Of a stretch of DNA of 32,000 nucleotides, positions 1 to 10,238 are shown one piece after another; the first letter of the stretch is position 1; the number at the start of each line of letters is the position of its first letter. Under the pieces are notes generated by a model that did no database searches, had not been told where the DNA came from, and was given only the letters and a program-made list of their open reading frames with translations. The DNA lies in assembly GCF_000010065.1 (NCBI RefSeq), contig NC_006576.1, positions 90,001 through 122,000 on the forward strand, given 5' to 3'. This DNA comes from Synechococcus elongatus PCC 6301. GTDB lineage: Bacteria > Cyanobacteriota > Cyanobacteriia > Synechococcales > Synechococcaceae. The position numbers and the translations under genes are program-made.

Positions 1-123
1 GATGGCGGCGACAGTCACCAACCCCAGCGGCGGTAACAACACTTTCCGATTGACGAGTTCCAGAATTTTTTCGTAGGACCAGAACGTTTTGGGAAAGCGA
101 GGATAAATCAGTAAAGCGCGCAT
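1..123 (-). CDS. N-terminus of a probable B12-binding/radical SAM family protein (runs off the left edge)
   Basis: Reverse strand from the ATG at 121-123 reads MRALLIYPRFPKTFWSYEKILELVNRKVLLPPLGLVTVAAI, typical of the N-terminus of cobalamin-binding radical SAM proteins in cyanobacteria; open at the window edge. Confidence 0.75.
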   Translation of the reverse strand, partial: MRALLIYPRFPKTFWSYEKILELVNRKVLLPPLGLVTVAAI

Positions 124-691
124 GGTAGCAGATGGGCGGGGTGCCCTTAGTCTTTCACAACTTTTGCGAAAGTGTAGACTCCGCTGTCAGTCATTCATCT
201 GGCTGCGATCGCATCTGGGTGTTCGCTAGAGCACAAACAGCCTGTCTCGCTACACCCCTTGGCAAACCTGTGTTAATGATCAAACTCAAGCACTTCACCG
301 AGAACTCATGTCAGCGGAAAAACCTTGTCAGCACTGCGGTCGCACCAGTACCAATGGCAAAAAATGCAAGGGAAAGTGTGTCGGTGACAGTGACTATTAA
401 AGTTACTGGTGCACCATCAAGAATCAATTACTAGAACAGCGATCGCAATCAGCCAGGCATTGCGCGAGATTGTCTAGCCTTGATCTCAACTAAAGACTTT
501 AATCTTTTCTTTAGCTTTTAGGATTACAGGTAGTCGCAATGCGATAGTGCAGGTCCCCAGCCTGCGATTGCTGATCATCCACGAAGAAGACACCGCGAGC
601 CATGGCGGCCAGCCGCCGAAGCTCTGACAAACAGAGGCACAGGTTAGGCTGAAAAGGCTCTTGGCGATCGCCCGTTCTCCCTTGCACCTCT

Positions 692-3163
692 ATGGCTGTT
701 GCTTCACTGTCCTGCCCAGAATTGTTGGCACCTGCGGGCGACTGGGACTGTCTGCGAGCTGCGATTGAAAATGGGGCGGATGCCGTCTACTTCGGCCTCG
801 ATCGCTTTAATGCACGGATGCGAGCCCACAACTTTACCGAGGCGGATCTACCAAAAGTGGTGGCGACGCTTCACCAACGGGGGCTCAAAGCTTATGTCAC
901 CCTCAATACCCTGATCTTCCCGCAGGAACTCCCTGCTGCTGAGCAATACCTGCGATCGATCATCAGTGCCGGCGTCGATGCCGCGATCGTGCAGGACGTG
1001 GGGTTGTGTCGGCTGATTCGGCACCTCTCGCCGACCTTCCCGATCCACGCCTCCACTCAAATGACGATCAGTAGCGCAGCAGGTGTGGCTTTTGCCCACG
1101 ATCTGGGCTGTCAACTTGTGGTGTTAGCGCGGGAAAATTCTCTTGCCGAAATCCAAAAAATTCGCCAACAAACGACGGTTCTGAACAAAGCGTTGCCGCT
1201 GGAGGTCTTTGTCCACGGCGCATTGTGCGTGGCTTACAGCGGCGCTTGCCTCACCTCCGAAGCCTTGGGTGGGCGATCGGCCAATCGCGGCGAATGTGCC
1301 CAAGCTTGCCGCATGAGCTACGACCTGATTGCTGATGGTCAGACGATTGACCTAGGCGATCGCCAGTACTTGCTCAGTCCCCAAGATTTGATGGGCATTG
1401 AACTGTTGCCGGAACTGATCGCAGCTGGCGTCTGCAGTCTCAAAATCGAAGGTCGGCTCAAGGCACCCGAGTATGTGGCTAGTGTGACCCGCCGCTATCG
1501 CGAGGCGATTGATCGCGCTTGGTTGGGACAAAGCACAGAACTACCTCCCAGCGATCGCTATGAACTAGAGATGGCCTTTTCGCGGGGCCTCTCCTCTGGC
1601 TGGTTGCAGGGCATTGATAATCAAGCGTTAGTTCAAGGTCGCTACGCCAAAAAGCGAGGTGTTGATCTAGGGAGCGTCTTGGCAGTCGATCGCCGGGGCA
1701 TTCAGGTCGAGCCGCTAGTGCCGATTCAGGCTGGAGATGGCTTGCTAATTGAAACCGAGCGGGGCGATCGCGGCGGCCGTGTCTATCAGGTGGAACCGAT
1801 CGCAGGTCAACGTCTGCGCCTTTGTTTCAGCCGCGATTTTGATCTGCGAGCCGTGCAAGTGGGCGATCGCCTCTGGAAAACCAGTGATCCTGCTCTCGAA
1901 AAAGAACTGCGCCAAAGTTTTAGTGCGGAGCAACCCCGCTGGAAGCAGCCGGTGGATCTAACAGTGCAGGGTGCGATCGATCAGCCCTTAGTTGTGATTG
2001 CTGGCGATCGCCAAGGTCGTCAAGTCTCGGTGCAATCCGAACAAGTTTTGCAGGCCGCGACTCAGCATCCCCTCGATCGCGATCGCCTCGCGGCCCAGTT
2101 GGGACGGTTGGGAAACACTGCCTTTGAGTTAGGGTCCCTCGAAAATCAGCTGCCGGATGGCTTGATTCTGCCGATTAGTGAACTGAATCGCCTACGTCGG
2201 CAGTGGGTGAGTGCGTTGGAAGCGCTGCGATCGCAGCCGAATCATTGGCCGCTGAGTGCCACAGCGAAGCTGGCTGACCTCTTGCCCAAGCGATCGGCAA
2301 CCCAACCGCGAACGCCGGAACTCACGGTGCTGGTTCGAGACTTGCCGCAACTGGAAGCCGCGATCGCTACTCAGGCGGTGCGACTCTATTGTGAATTTGA
2401 AGACCCCCGCCGCTACCGCGAAGCGGTCCAAGTCTTCCGGCAAGCCCAGCGATTAGAACAAACGATTTGGCTAGCGCCACCGCGCATTTACAAGCCAGGC
2501 GAAACTTGGATTTTGGAGCAGGTGCGACGGGCAGAGCCAGATGGTTTTCTGGTGCGCAACTACGATCATCTGGCTGCTTTTCAGGGCGATCGCTGTGTGG
2601 GCGATTTCTCCTTGAATGTCGCTAATCCTCTAACCGCGGCCCATTGGGTGGAGCAGGCCGGACTAGAGTGGCTGACGGCTTCCTACGACCTCAATGCTCA
2701 ACAACTGTTGGATTTATTGGCGCAGACGCCGACCAATTGGCTGGAAGTGACGATTCATCAGCATATGCCGCTGTTCCACATGGAACACTGTGTGTTTTGC
2801 GCATTCCTCAGTGATGGTCATGACTTTCGCGATTGTGGTCGCCCCTGTGAGCAGCAAGAAGTGCGGCTACGCGATCGCGTTGGCGTAGAGCACATCCTCA
2901 AGGCCGATGCCGGCTGCCGCAACACGCTTTATAACGGCACGGCGCAAACTGGTGCCGAATTTGTTCCTGCTTTGCAGAGCCAAGGGCTTTTCCGTTTTCG
3001 CATCGATTGCTTACAGGAGTCACCTGCTCAGGTCACACAACTCTGCGATCGCTATTGGCAGCTCTTGCGAGGGCAATGCAGCGGCGAACAACTCTGGCGT
3101 GAGTTGAAGTTGATGCGTCAACTCGGTGTGACTCGCGGCACCCTCACGACCGTGATCCGTTAG
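692..3163 (+). CDS. Peptidase U32 family protein (collagenase-like / RNA- or quinone-hydroxylation family)
   Basis: 823-aa ORF; N-terminus PELLAPAGDWDCLRAAIENGADAVYFGL and internal EVFVHGALCVAYSGACLTSEALGGRSANRGECAQACRMSY are U32 hallmarks. Confidence 0.93.
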   Translation: MAVASLSCPELLAPAGDWDCLRAAIENGADAVYFGLDRFNARMRAHNFTEADLPKVVATLHQRGLKAYVTLNTLIFPQELPAAEQYLRSIISAGVDAAIVQDVGLCRLIRHLSPTFPIHASTQMTISSAAGVAFAHDLGCQLVVLARENSLAEIQKIRQQTTVLNKALPLEVFVHGALCVAYSGACLTSEALGGRSANRGECAQACRMSYDLIADGQTIDLGDRQYLLSPQDLMGIELLPELIAAGVCSLKIEGRLKAPEYVASVTRRYREAIDRAWLGQSTELPPSDRYELEMAFSRGLSSGWLQGIDNQALVQGRYAKKRGVDLGSVLAVDRRGIQVEPLVPIQAGDGLLIETERGDRGGRVYQVEPIAGQRLRLCFSRDFDLRAVQVGDRLWKTSDPALEKELRQSFSAEQPRWKQPVDLTVQGAIDQPLVVIAGDRQGRQVSVQSEQVLQAATQHPLDRDRLAAQLGRLGNTAFELGSLENQLPDGLILPISELNRLRRQWVSALEALRSQPNHWPLSATAKLADLLPKRSATQPRTPELTVLVRDLPQLEAAIATQAVRLYCEFEDPRRYREAVQVFRQAQRLEQTIWLAPPRIYKPGETWILEQVRRAEPDGFLVRNYDHLAAFQGDRCVGDFSLNVANPLTAAHWVEQAGLEWLTASYDLNAQQLLDLLAQTPTNWLEVTIHQHMPLFHMEHCVFCAFLSDGHDFRDCGRPCEQQEVRLRDRVGVEHILKADAGCRNTLYNGTAQTGAEFVPALQSQGLFRFRIDCLQESPAQVTQLCDRYWQLLRGQCSGEQLWRELKLMRQLGVTRGTLTTVIR

Positions 3164-3235
3164 TGCCTGTTCGATCAGTCTTGACAGAGGCAGGATGACT
3201 CGCTTCCCTCAAAAGGTCCTTCCTCTTAGCTACTC

Positions 3236-3928
3236 ATGCCTTCTGAACCTCCCCTTGCTGGCCGCCGACTACGGCGGCTGTGGATTAAGCGCAATCTGAT
3301 CAGCATGATTTGTGGACTAGCGCTTGGTAGCGCTTGGGGAGTTGGTAGCCTACTGGTTCGCGGATCTTTTGTGCCGTTTGGACTGATGTTGCTGTACTTG
3401 GGCGTTTGTCAGTACGGCCTCGGTGCCATTCTCTGCCTCGTGCTCGGGGTGATTTTGGAGAGCGCTCTCCTGTTTGGGGGAGTCGTAGGCTGGGCACAAC
3501 AAAGACTGCTGCGAGGCTGGATTACCAGCCCTAAAATCTGGGTCGGTAGCGCCATCCTCGGTTGGGGCGTTTTCACCGTCGCGATCTTCAATTTTCTCGT
3601 CTCATTCTCCTATTCACCCGGTGGCGCGATCGCCAGTGGCTTGATTGCGATCGCAGCGGCTAGCGGTATGGGCTATGTGCAATCTCGGCACTTGGAGAGT
3701 GCGATCGCTGCGTCCGGTCGCTGGTTTCGTCTGCACGTTGTCATGAGTGTGGTTGCGATCGTTGCCATCAGCACAACTGAATTGCTCGGCCGTCCGCTGG
3801 GACTCAGCTTTTTAGGATCAAGCCTCCTGCTGGTCCTCGCAGTCCCCATCTATACGCTGCTGACGGCTTCCCTACTGGCTGAATTGACAGCTCAGACCGA
3901 AACCGCTGTGCTGGATCTAGCGGAATAG
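3236..3928 (+). CDS. Hypothetical multi-pass membrane protein
   Basis: 230-aa ORF with several hydrophobic, Gly-rich segments; ATG start. Confidence 0.75.
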   Translation: MPSEPPLAGRRLRRLWIKRNLISMICGLALGSAWGVGSLLVRGSFVPFGLMLLYLGVCQYGLGAILCLVLGVILESALLFGGVVGWAQQRLLRGWITSPKIWVGSAILGWGVFTVAIFNFLVSFSYSPGGAIASGLIAIAAASGMGYVQSRHLESAIAASGRWFRLHVVMSVVAIVAISTTELLGRPLGLSFLGSSLLLVLAVPIYTLLTASLLAELTAQTETAVLDLAE

Positions 3929-3955
3929 GGGCAGACCCGTTCACCTGAGACTGGT

Positions 3956-4615
3956 TCAGACATAGCCATGCTCTGTCAAGAACTCTAGGCTGATATCGGA
4001 CTGGGGGGTGGGATGACCCGAATGACGCAGCAGCCGTTCCACATACTTACCGAGTATGTCGCCCTCAAGGTTGACGCGAACGCCGGCTTGCAGGCGTCTC
4101 AGAGTCGTCTCCTGATAGGTGTGGGGAATCACCGCCACGGTAAACCAATGCCCTTCGCGATCGCAGTCCGCGATCGTCAAACTGATGCCATTGACAGCGA
4201 TACTGCCTTTCTCGACGAGATAGCGCTGCAGTGAACCGGCTGGTACTCCAAATTTCAGCAGCCAAGATTGTTCAGTAGCTTCAGCACTGATCAGCCAGCC
4301 GACGCCATCGACGTGACCCGTGACAAAGTGCCCGCCGACTTTACCGCCTGCCCGCAAGGAGCTTTCGAGGTTGACCAAACTGCCGGGGGGCAAATCCCCC
4401 AAGGTCGACCGCTGGAGCGTTTCCGGTGAAACATCCGCCAAGAACCCATTACCGAGGCATTGAGTTGCCGTCAGACAAATGCCATCGACAGCAATACTGT
4501 CGCCGATCGCTAGATCCTGCAAAATCGACTGTGTGTCGCCAGCAACGCAGTGGATTCGAACTGATCCCTCCAGAACCGTCAGTTCCCCGAGCGCTTGCAC
4601 TAACCCTGTAAACAT
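3956..4615 (-). CDS. ribE: Riboflavin synthase, alpha subunit
   Basis: MFTGLVQALGELTVLEGSV... with repeated lumazine-binding domains (IAVDGICLTA / IAVNGISLTIAD). Start moved from track position 4711 to the internal MFTGLVQ Met at 4615. Confidence 0.93.
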   Translation of the reverse strand: MFTGLVQALGELTVLEGSVRIHCVAGDTQSILQDLAIGDSIAVDGICLTATQCLGNGFLADVSPETLQRSTLGDLPPGSLVNLESSLRAGGKVGGHFVTGHVDGVGWLISAEATEQSWLLKFGVPAGSLQRYLVEKGSIAVNGISLTIADCDREGHWFTVAVIPHTYQETTLRRLQAGVRVNLEGDILGKYVERLLRHSGHPTPQSDISLEFLTEHGYV

Positions 4616-4668
4616 GACAATTTCCGCATGCCGCTTCTGAGTCTGATCTTCGCTTGGACCAGAACCCT

Positions 4669-5892
4669 TTAAGCAAGCGATCGCACCCATTGCATCTGCT
4701 GCGGCAGACAAACTCGTTGCAAATCGTAGTGATTCTGGGCAAAGAGTCGCGCTTTTTTGCCGAGCTTGGCCCGCGCTGATGGGCTAGCTAGTAACTCACT
4801 CACTGTTGCTGCTAATCCCGCTGGATCAAAGAAATTAACCAGTCGGCCCGTCTCACCGTCACTGATCACCTCGCGAACGGGTGCTGTGTCACTGGCCACG
4901 ATCGCACAGCCACAGCTCATCGCCTCGATCAAGCTCCACGACAGCACGAATGGATAAGTCAAATAGACATGAACGCTGGAGACCTGGAGGAGTGACAGGA
5001 AAGCGTTGTAAGGAATTTTGCCAACGAAATGGACACGGCTGAGGTCAAGGCGATCCGCGACTTCTTTGAGGAAAATCTGTTTCCAAGTTCCTGCGGGTGG
5101 CCGTGCGCCATAGCTGACATCATCACCCCCAACCAAGATGACGCGTGCCTTCGGACGTTGCTGCAAAATCTCAGGAAGTGATCGCATAAAAATGTGATAG
5201 CCGCGATAGGGCTCAAGGTTGCGATTGACGAAGGTAATCACTTCATCATTCCGCCCTAACTTCAGTTGATTATTGAGGGTAATGGTAGCGCTAGGATTAG
5301 GCGCGATCGCTTCAGTATCAATCCCATCGTGCACCACTGTAATTTTGGAGCGCAGCGGTTCTGGGAACTGGTCGGCCTGCCAGTGCGTTGGCGCAATGCC
5401 TGCCGTAACGCGATCGCCCTGCATGGTGTAAATCAAGTTTTTGAGCTGCAGGCGGCAGGCTGTATCTTCTTCACCCTGCGGTCGTTGGAATTCTGGATCG
5501 AAATCGACATCACTCCCGGCACTGCGGTAGTAAAACTCGCAGTAGATTGCGAGCTTTGCAGCCGGCCACACATCTTGTAGAAACAGCGTTTCACCCCAGC
5601 CTGGATGCGCCAAAATCAGATCCGGTTGATAGCCCTGATTGCGCAGCTGGAGAGCAGCACGAAAACAAGCCTCTCCCCGAATGACCTTGGTCTCAAAGTC
5701 CCCAACCCAGGGATGAACCGTTGGACTGCTGTTTCGCTGAGCCCGATAGCGATGGACAGTCACCCCCTGCCACTGATCCGGTAGATCCTGCCGGAGAGTC
5801 AATGTTCTGACCTCATGGCCATTGGCCACCAAAGCCGGTGCCAAATGTTTGAATTGCCCCGGAAAGTTTTGGTGAATGAGCAAAATGCGCAT
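4669..5892 (-). CDS. Glycosyltransferase family 4 (GT-B) protein
   Basis: 407-aa ORF; MRILLIHQNFPGQFKHLAPALVANGHEV N-terminus and the EAMSCGCAIVASDTAPVREVI donor-binding motif. Confidence 0.92.
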   Translation of the reverse strand: MRILLIHQNFPGQFKHLAPALVANGHEVRTLTLRQDLPDQWQGVTVHRYRAQRNSSPTVHPWVGDFETKVIRGEACFRAALQLRNQGYQPDLILAHPGWGETLFLQDVWPAAKLAIYCEFYYRSAGSDVDFDPEFQRPQGEEDTACRLQLKNLIYTMQGDRVTAGIAPTHWQADQFPEPLRSKITVVHDGIDTEAIAPNPSATITLNNQLKLGRNDEVITFVNRNLEPYRGYHIFMRSLPEILQQRPKARVILVGGDDVSYGARPPAGTWKQIFLKEVADRLDLSRVHFVGKIPYNAFLSLLQVSSVHVYLTYPFVLSWSLIEAMSCGCAIVASDTAPVREVISDGETGRLVNFFDPAGLAATVSELLASPSARAKLGKKARLFAQNHYDLQRVCLPQQMQWVRSLA

Positions 5893-6038
5893 TGATCCTG
5901 CAGTAAGGCGACCGATTCGACCAATCTTGAGGAGCGATCGGTCAGCCCCACGCTATCAGCTTCTGAGCTGTGCCCTGAGGCGCGATCGCCCGACAAGATC
6001 TCGCTGCCTTCTACCTACCCTGGATCTTGACCCTTGCC

Positions 6039-6521
6039 CTAGGGCTGGTTGGGTGCTGGCGGACAAGTGCAGGTGGGTTGAGGGGTGACTGCGGGTGTCG
6101 GCGTGCCACTTCGAATGGGGCCGTTATAGTCGGTGCGTACTGTCTTGCCATCAAAGGAGACACTGATCACAGATTCCACCGTCGGCGGTAGGCCCTGGGG
6201 CTGCCAGCCGGGAGCCCCCCCAACAAATTGGAAGGTAAAGAAGCCATTGGTGTAGGTATAGTCTGTGTTGCTACCACCGCCATACATTTTGCTTTCAGCA
6301 ATGTAGCGATTGAGGCCGCCATTGGTCTGTTCGGCTGCTGCTCGCGCTAAGTTCTTAGCCCGATTGAGAGCGAGGAAGAAAGCCTGATTGCGAGGGCCAT
6401 CATCGGGGGGAGCCGGAGGATTGAGAACATCCACCACGGTGGGATTGGTTGCGGGAGCCTGGGCCATCAAAGCTGGAGCTGCACAACTGAGTTGCGCCGC
6501 AATCAATAGGGCAAGAGACAT
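6039..6521 (-). CDS. Hypothetical exported protein
   Basis: 160-aa ORF with signal-peptide-like N-terminus (MSLALLIAAQLSCAAPALMAQA) and Pro-rich C-terminus. Confidence 0.6.
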   Translation of the reverse strand: MSLALLIAAQLSCAAPALMAQAPATNPTVVDVLNPPAPPDDGPRNQAFFLALNRAKNLARAAAEQTNGGLNRYIAESKMYGGGSNTDYTYTNGFFTFQFVGGAPGWQPQGLPPTVESVISVSFDGKTVRTDYNGPIRSGTPTPAVTPQPTCTCPPAPNQP

Positions 6522-6524
6522 GGA

Positions 6525-7822
6525 TTAAGGTTCCTCAGGGTCAGTCTGCATCAGACGAGTTTGCCATTCGGCTGCGATCGCTGAGTCTTGTGCAAATTCC
6601 TGGTCTAATAAGTCCCGATCGCCACTGTAGATCAACTTATCGGGGTCAATTTTGGCTTGGGTTCGCCAAGGTGCCAGTTGCATAAGTTTCTCTCCCAGGG
6701 CCAACGATGGTTTACGCAGGCGATCGGCCCAGCTCTGGCGATCGCGGTTGCGGCGACGGATTTCTTGATTCTTGCGTTGGATCCACAACCAGCGCAGGGC
6801 TGGCACAGCTAAAAAGCCGATCGCGTAGACCAGCAGGAACCGATATAACCCGGCCACTACTGCCACGATTCCCCCGAGGCTGGCAACGCCAGGCAATAGG
6901 AGCAGACCACCGAAGACCGCCGCGAGCACGAGATTACGACCCCCAAGGCGATCGCCCCAAGGATTTGTCCGCGACTGGCTTGACTGAAGGACCAGAGACG
7001 CTCTTGCAAGCTGCGGGCAACCCGTGATCGGCCGTCAGCGGCACTCGCCGTGACCTGCAGGGCAGGAAATTGGTAAATCAGCTGGCCCCTTTCACTAACG
7101 CGAGGCTGACCATCAAAACGCACCAGCACGGGCAGGAGATCAGACTCGCTGGAATCTAAGGGGCGATCCAGGTAGGGCTGCAATTGCTCAGCGACCACAG
7201 CCCCCTGTTGGCTGCGGATGTAAGCGCCCATCAACTGCCAGCGCCGCTGTTCGAGATCGGCATTGGGGTCGCCATCCCCGAAGAGAAAGGAAAAAATTGC
7301 TTCGAGAAAGTTGAGCGATCGCCGCTCAGAGTTGGGATGACTCGGCCCATCGAAGGTTAGCCAAGGCCACCAATCTCCTCCCCAGCTAGGGGCGCTGGAT
7401 CCACTGGAACCACTCCCACCACTACTATCTCCACCACCACCGCCGCCGATATCGCCCCCCTCGCTCAGGGCGACTACGATAGCGATGATTGCCACGACGA
7501 AAAGACCAATCGATAGCAGCAGGCCCAGACCAAACGAGATGCGGATCAGGTAGAAAAGCAGACGCCACAGCTGCTGCCCGAGCAGTTGCAATTGCTGCCG
7601 CCATGACTCCTGCTGCAAACGCTGCCGGAGGTTGTGCGGGAACTGAAATGCAATGTCGCCGCGATCGCTGACTTGAAGGGTCGCCTGACTCGCCGCCGCC
7701 AACTGCAAGAGTTGATGCTCGACCAAAGCCACGCGCAGACCCGACTGGGCTGCAACATCACCAACCGTGACGCGATAGCCCAAACGCTCGATCGCTTGAA
7801 CTAAGGGCTGTAGCTCCTCCAT
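6525..7822 (-). pseudogene. Frame-disrupted cyanobacterial membrane protein with Gly/Ser linker (two track ORFs 6857-7822 and 6525-6929)
   Basis: N-part MEELQPLVQAIERLGY...GQILGAIALG and C-part NLVLAAVFGGLLLLPGVASLGGIVAVVAGLYRFLLVYAIGFLAVPALRWLWIQRKN are in different frames but join if 1 nt is added near the C5 run at 6940-6944; the corrected length (1299 nt) is a whole number of codons. May be a sequence error instead of a pseudogene. Confidence 0.65.
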
Positions 7823-8221
7823 CCAACACCTACTGCGATCGCTTCCAGTCTATCGACTAGGCCCTGCTCCAAGCTGCGGGGAGGGGGTGAGTAGGCGTTG
7901 TTGATTTTGCCGTTTTAGCTCTGGGCGAACTTTAACTTGAATTAGAATCCTCATATTCTTAAATCCTTTTTAGTGTCAAATTTTCTCTCAAAAATGCCCT
8001 CTGGATACTGACCTAGCTTTGCGATCGCAGGCTGTATTTTAATCAATCTTCCTTGCTGCTAGCATTCGAATACTTCATACTCTCTTGAGGATCAAGTCAT
8101 TGTTGTTTCATGATTTGACTTTGCTTCTGCAGTTCTTCTAGGATTGAGCTGCATCTTCGACTCAAGTGATACTTAAGGAAAATTAGTCCTTGTTAGGTGC
8201 CATCACAATTGATGAATCTCA

Positions 8222-8941
8222 ATGAAGTCAGCCAAAACGTCTCGTTTTAATCAACCATTCCTGCTGCGAATTCTGCATGGTGTCACTGGCGTGTCGCTAA
8301 TCGCAGCTATTCTTACGGCTTACTGGACCTACGATACCTACGATGGGCGCTGGGGTCGCATCCCACTCCCTCAATTTCCTGAAATTGAGGGAATTCATGG
8401 CACGTTTGGGCTATGGACGCTGCTGATTTTCCCTGTATTTCTTATCTATGCAGTTCATCGTGGACAAAAGCGATTAGTTCAGGCTAACTCTTTGCAACAG
8501 TTAGCTCACATTGGTCATCCAAGCTGGTGGTACACCCTCAATCGTTGGATTAATACTGTCACTTTAGCTCTGCTAACCTTTGCCCTGTTTAGCGGCAAGA
8601 TGATGGATGAGAAATGGTTGCCTAATGGTGAACTGCAGCATAGTTGGTATCTCGCTCATCTGCTGTCTTGGCTGCTGATGGTGGGTGCGATCGCCCTTCA
8701 TTTAGTTGTCAACTTCAAAGTTGGTGGTGCTCTTTTCCTCCTATCAATGTGGCGCTGGCGCCATCACCGCTCCGAAAGTCCCTACTTCTGGCCCAGTTCC
8801 ATCGCTCAGGGTTGGGCAGCTATTCAGCAAGGGACTTGGATCTGCTGGTTTCAGCCCCTCTCGGGTTTGATGATGATGGAACTCAGCATCCTCATCAGTC
8901 TCGCGGTCGCCTGGATTTTGCCCTATTTCAAAGCTGACTAG
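8222..8941 (+). CDS. Cytochrome b/b6-like or DUF4079-like integral membrane protein
   Basis: 239-aa ORF with about 4-5 TM segments and conserved His in membrane contexts (ILHGVTG, HGTFGLWTLLIF, LAHLLSWLLMVGAIALHLVVN). Confidence 0.65.
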   Translation: MKSAKTSRFNQPFLLRILHGVTGVSLIAAILTAYWTYDTYDGRWGRIPLPQFPEIEGIHGTFGLWTLLIFPVFLIYAVHRGQKRLVQANSLQQLAHIGHPSWWYTLNRWINTVTLALLTFALFSGKMMDEKWLPNGELQHSWYLAHLLSWLLMVGAIALHLVVNFKVGGALFLLSMWRWRHHRSESPYFWPSSIAQGWAAIQQGTWICWFQPLSGLMMMELSILISLAVAWILPYFKAD

Positions 8942-9040
8942 CCGTTGCCTCGGCAACCCATTTGGTTGTTCGCGTGGAATTGATTCTCGGGCAGGGCTGT
9001 TGCTCTTTTAATCAGAGGGACTCTTCCCCCAAGGTCTCTG

Positions 9041-9682
9041 ATGCGCTACCGTCAGCAGTCCCTGATTGATCCCCAAGAAATCGGCTATCGTCGCTTCTGC
9101 CGTAACCACAAGCTCTTGAACCAAAAGATCGGTACGCCAGCCGCAACGGATCCCACTGTGGTGCTTGCCGCAGAAGTTGAGCTTGCGGTTCGCTATTGCT
9201 TAGCAACGCACTTCGGGTCTCTGTCGCCTCATCGAGTTCTCAGCTACGAGCGACGGAATGCGCTCGGCTATCAGCGTTGCTATCGGGAATTAGATGCCGT
9301 TGTGGGCGATCGCTGCCATCCCCAGTTTTTCGTAGAGATCAAGTCTGTCACCCAACGGGGACGTGGCATCAAAGCTGGACTGCCCCAGTTGCAACGAAGT
9401 TTGGTGATCGCGCAAGAACGGTGGCGATCGCTGCAGGGGATTCTGATCGAGGTTGCTTGGATGACAGAGCTGTCCGAGCAAGAATCCACACCGCTATTGG
9501 CTACTGACCTATTCGAAGACTTGGCCAGCTGTCAAAAAGACGAGAGCGATGAGAGGATCACTCCTATCTATTGGTCTGGCCAACAGTTAGCAGCAGGGTT
9601 AGCTGAGTTAGGGATGCCTCTCAATCCCGATATTTTGGGGTGGGCAAACGCCACTTGGTCTTCCCAGAATTTAGCGGGTTGA
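9041..9682 (+). CDS. Hypothetical protein, candidate PD-(D/E)XK nuclease-like fold
   Basis: 213-aa ORF; contains ELDAVVGDRCHPQFFVEIKSV, matching a D-x(n)-(D/E)xK arrangement. Confidence 0.6.
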   Translation: MRYRQQSLIDPQEIGYRRFCRNHKLLNQKIGTPAATDPTVVLAAEVELAVRYCLATHFGSLSPHRVLSYERRNALGYQRCYRELDAVVGDRCHPQFFVEIKSVTQRGRGIKAGLPQLQRSLVIAQERWRSLQGILIEVAWMTELSEQESTPLLATDLFEDLASCQKDESDERITPIYWSGQQLAAGLAELGMPLNPDILGWANATWSSQNLAG

Positions 9683-9902
9683 ACCCCATGACCGCCTCCA
9701 ATCTTGAAAACTGCCAGAGCAATGGCATCCTGAGTCAGGTGCGATCGCTCAATCGCCCTGGAATCGAGTTGAGGCCACTCTTGGGCGGCGGCTCAGTTTC
9801 AGATCTGGGAATGTAAACAAGCGTAAGTATTTTGGCTTAGTGATTGACTCAAAATGGGCTGTCTCAGCAGGATGGAGCCAGTTTTGTAAGCTTCCACACT
9901 GC

Positions 9903-10238
9903 ATGAAACGAATTTTGGGTACGGCGATCGCGGCGCTGGTTGTGCTGTTGGCCTTCATCGCTCCTGCTCAAGCAGCGGATCTTGCCCATGGTGGCCAAGT
10001 CTTTTCTGCAAACTGTGCTGCCTGCCACCTGGGCGGACGCAATGTTGTCAACCCCGCCAAGACCTTGCAGAAGGCAGATCTTGACCAGTACGGCATGGCC
10101 TCGATTGAAGCCATCACCACCCAAGTCACGAATGGTAAGGGGGCAATGCCTGCTTTTGGCAGCAAGCTAAGCGCTGACGACATCGCTGACGTGGCAAGCT
10201 ACGTCCTTGACCAGTCTGAGAAAGGCTGGCAGGGCTAA
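9903..10238 (+). CDS. petJ: Cytochrome c6 (soluble photosynthetic electron carrier)
   Basis: Signal peptide [24 protein letters not shown], then [25 protein letters not shown] (CxxCH heme site) and the KGAMPAFG Met-ligand region. Start at the internal ATG 9903, not 9840. Confidence 0.93.

Noticed and set aside
132-434. 100-aa ORF upstream of the U32 gene
   Set aside because: Translation (MGGVPLVFHNFCESVDSAVSHSSGCDRIWV...) has no domain-like features or evident ribosome-binding site; likely a chance ORF, left unannotated.
7400-7450. Short GGT/GGC-type repeat (CCACCACC... on plus strand)
   Set aside because: Encodes a Gly/Ser linker (GGDIGGGGGGDSSGGSGSSGSS) inside the 6857-7822 ORF; not a CRISPR or mobile repeat.
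8079-8140. Imperfect hairpin ATCAAGTCAT...ATGATTTGAC upstream of the 8222 gene
   Set aside because: About 9 bp stem with a wobble in an AT-rich leader; too weak to claim without conservation or transcript data.
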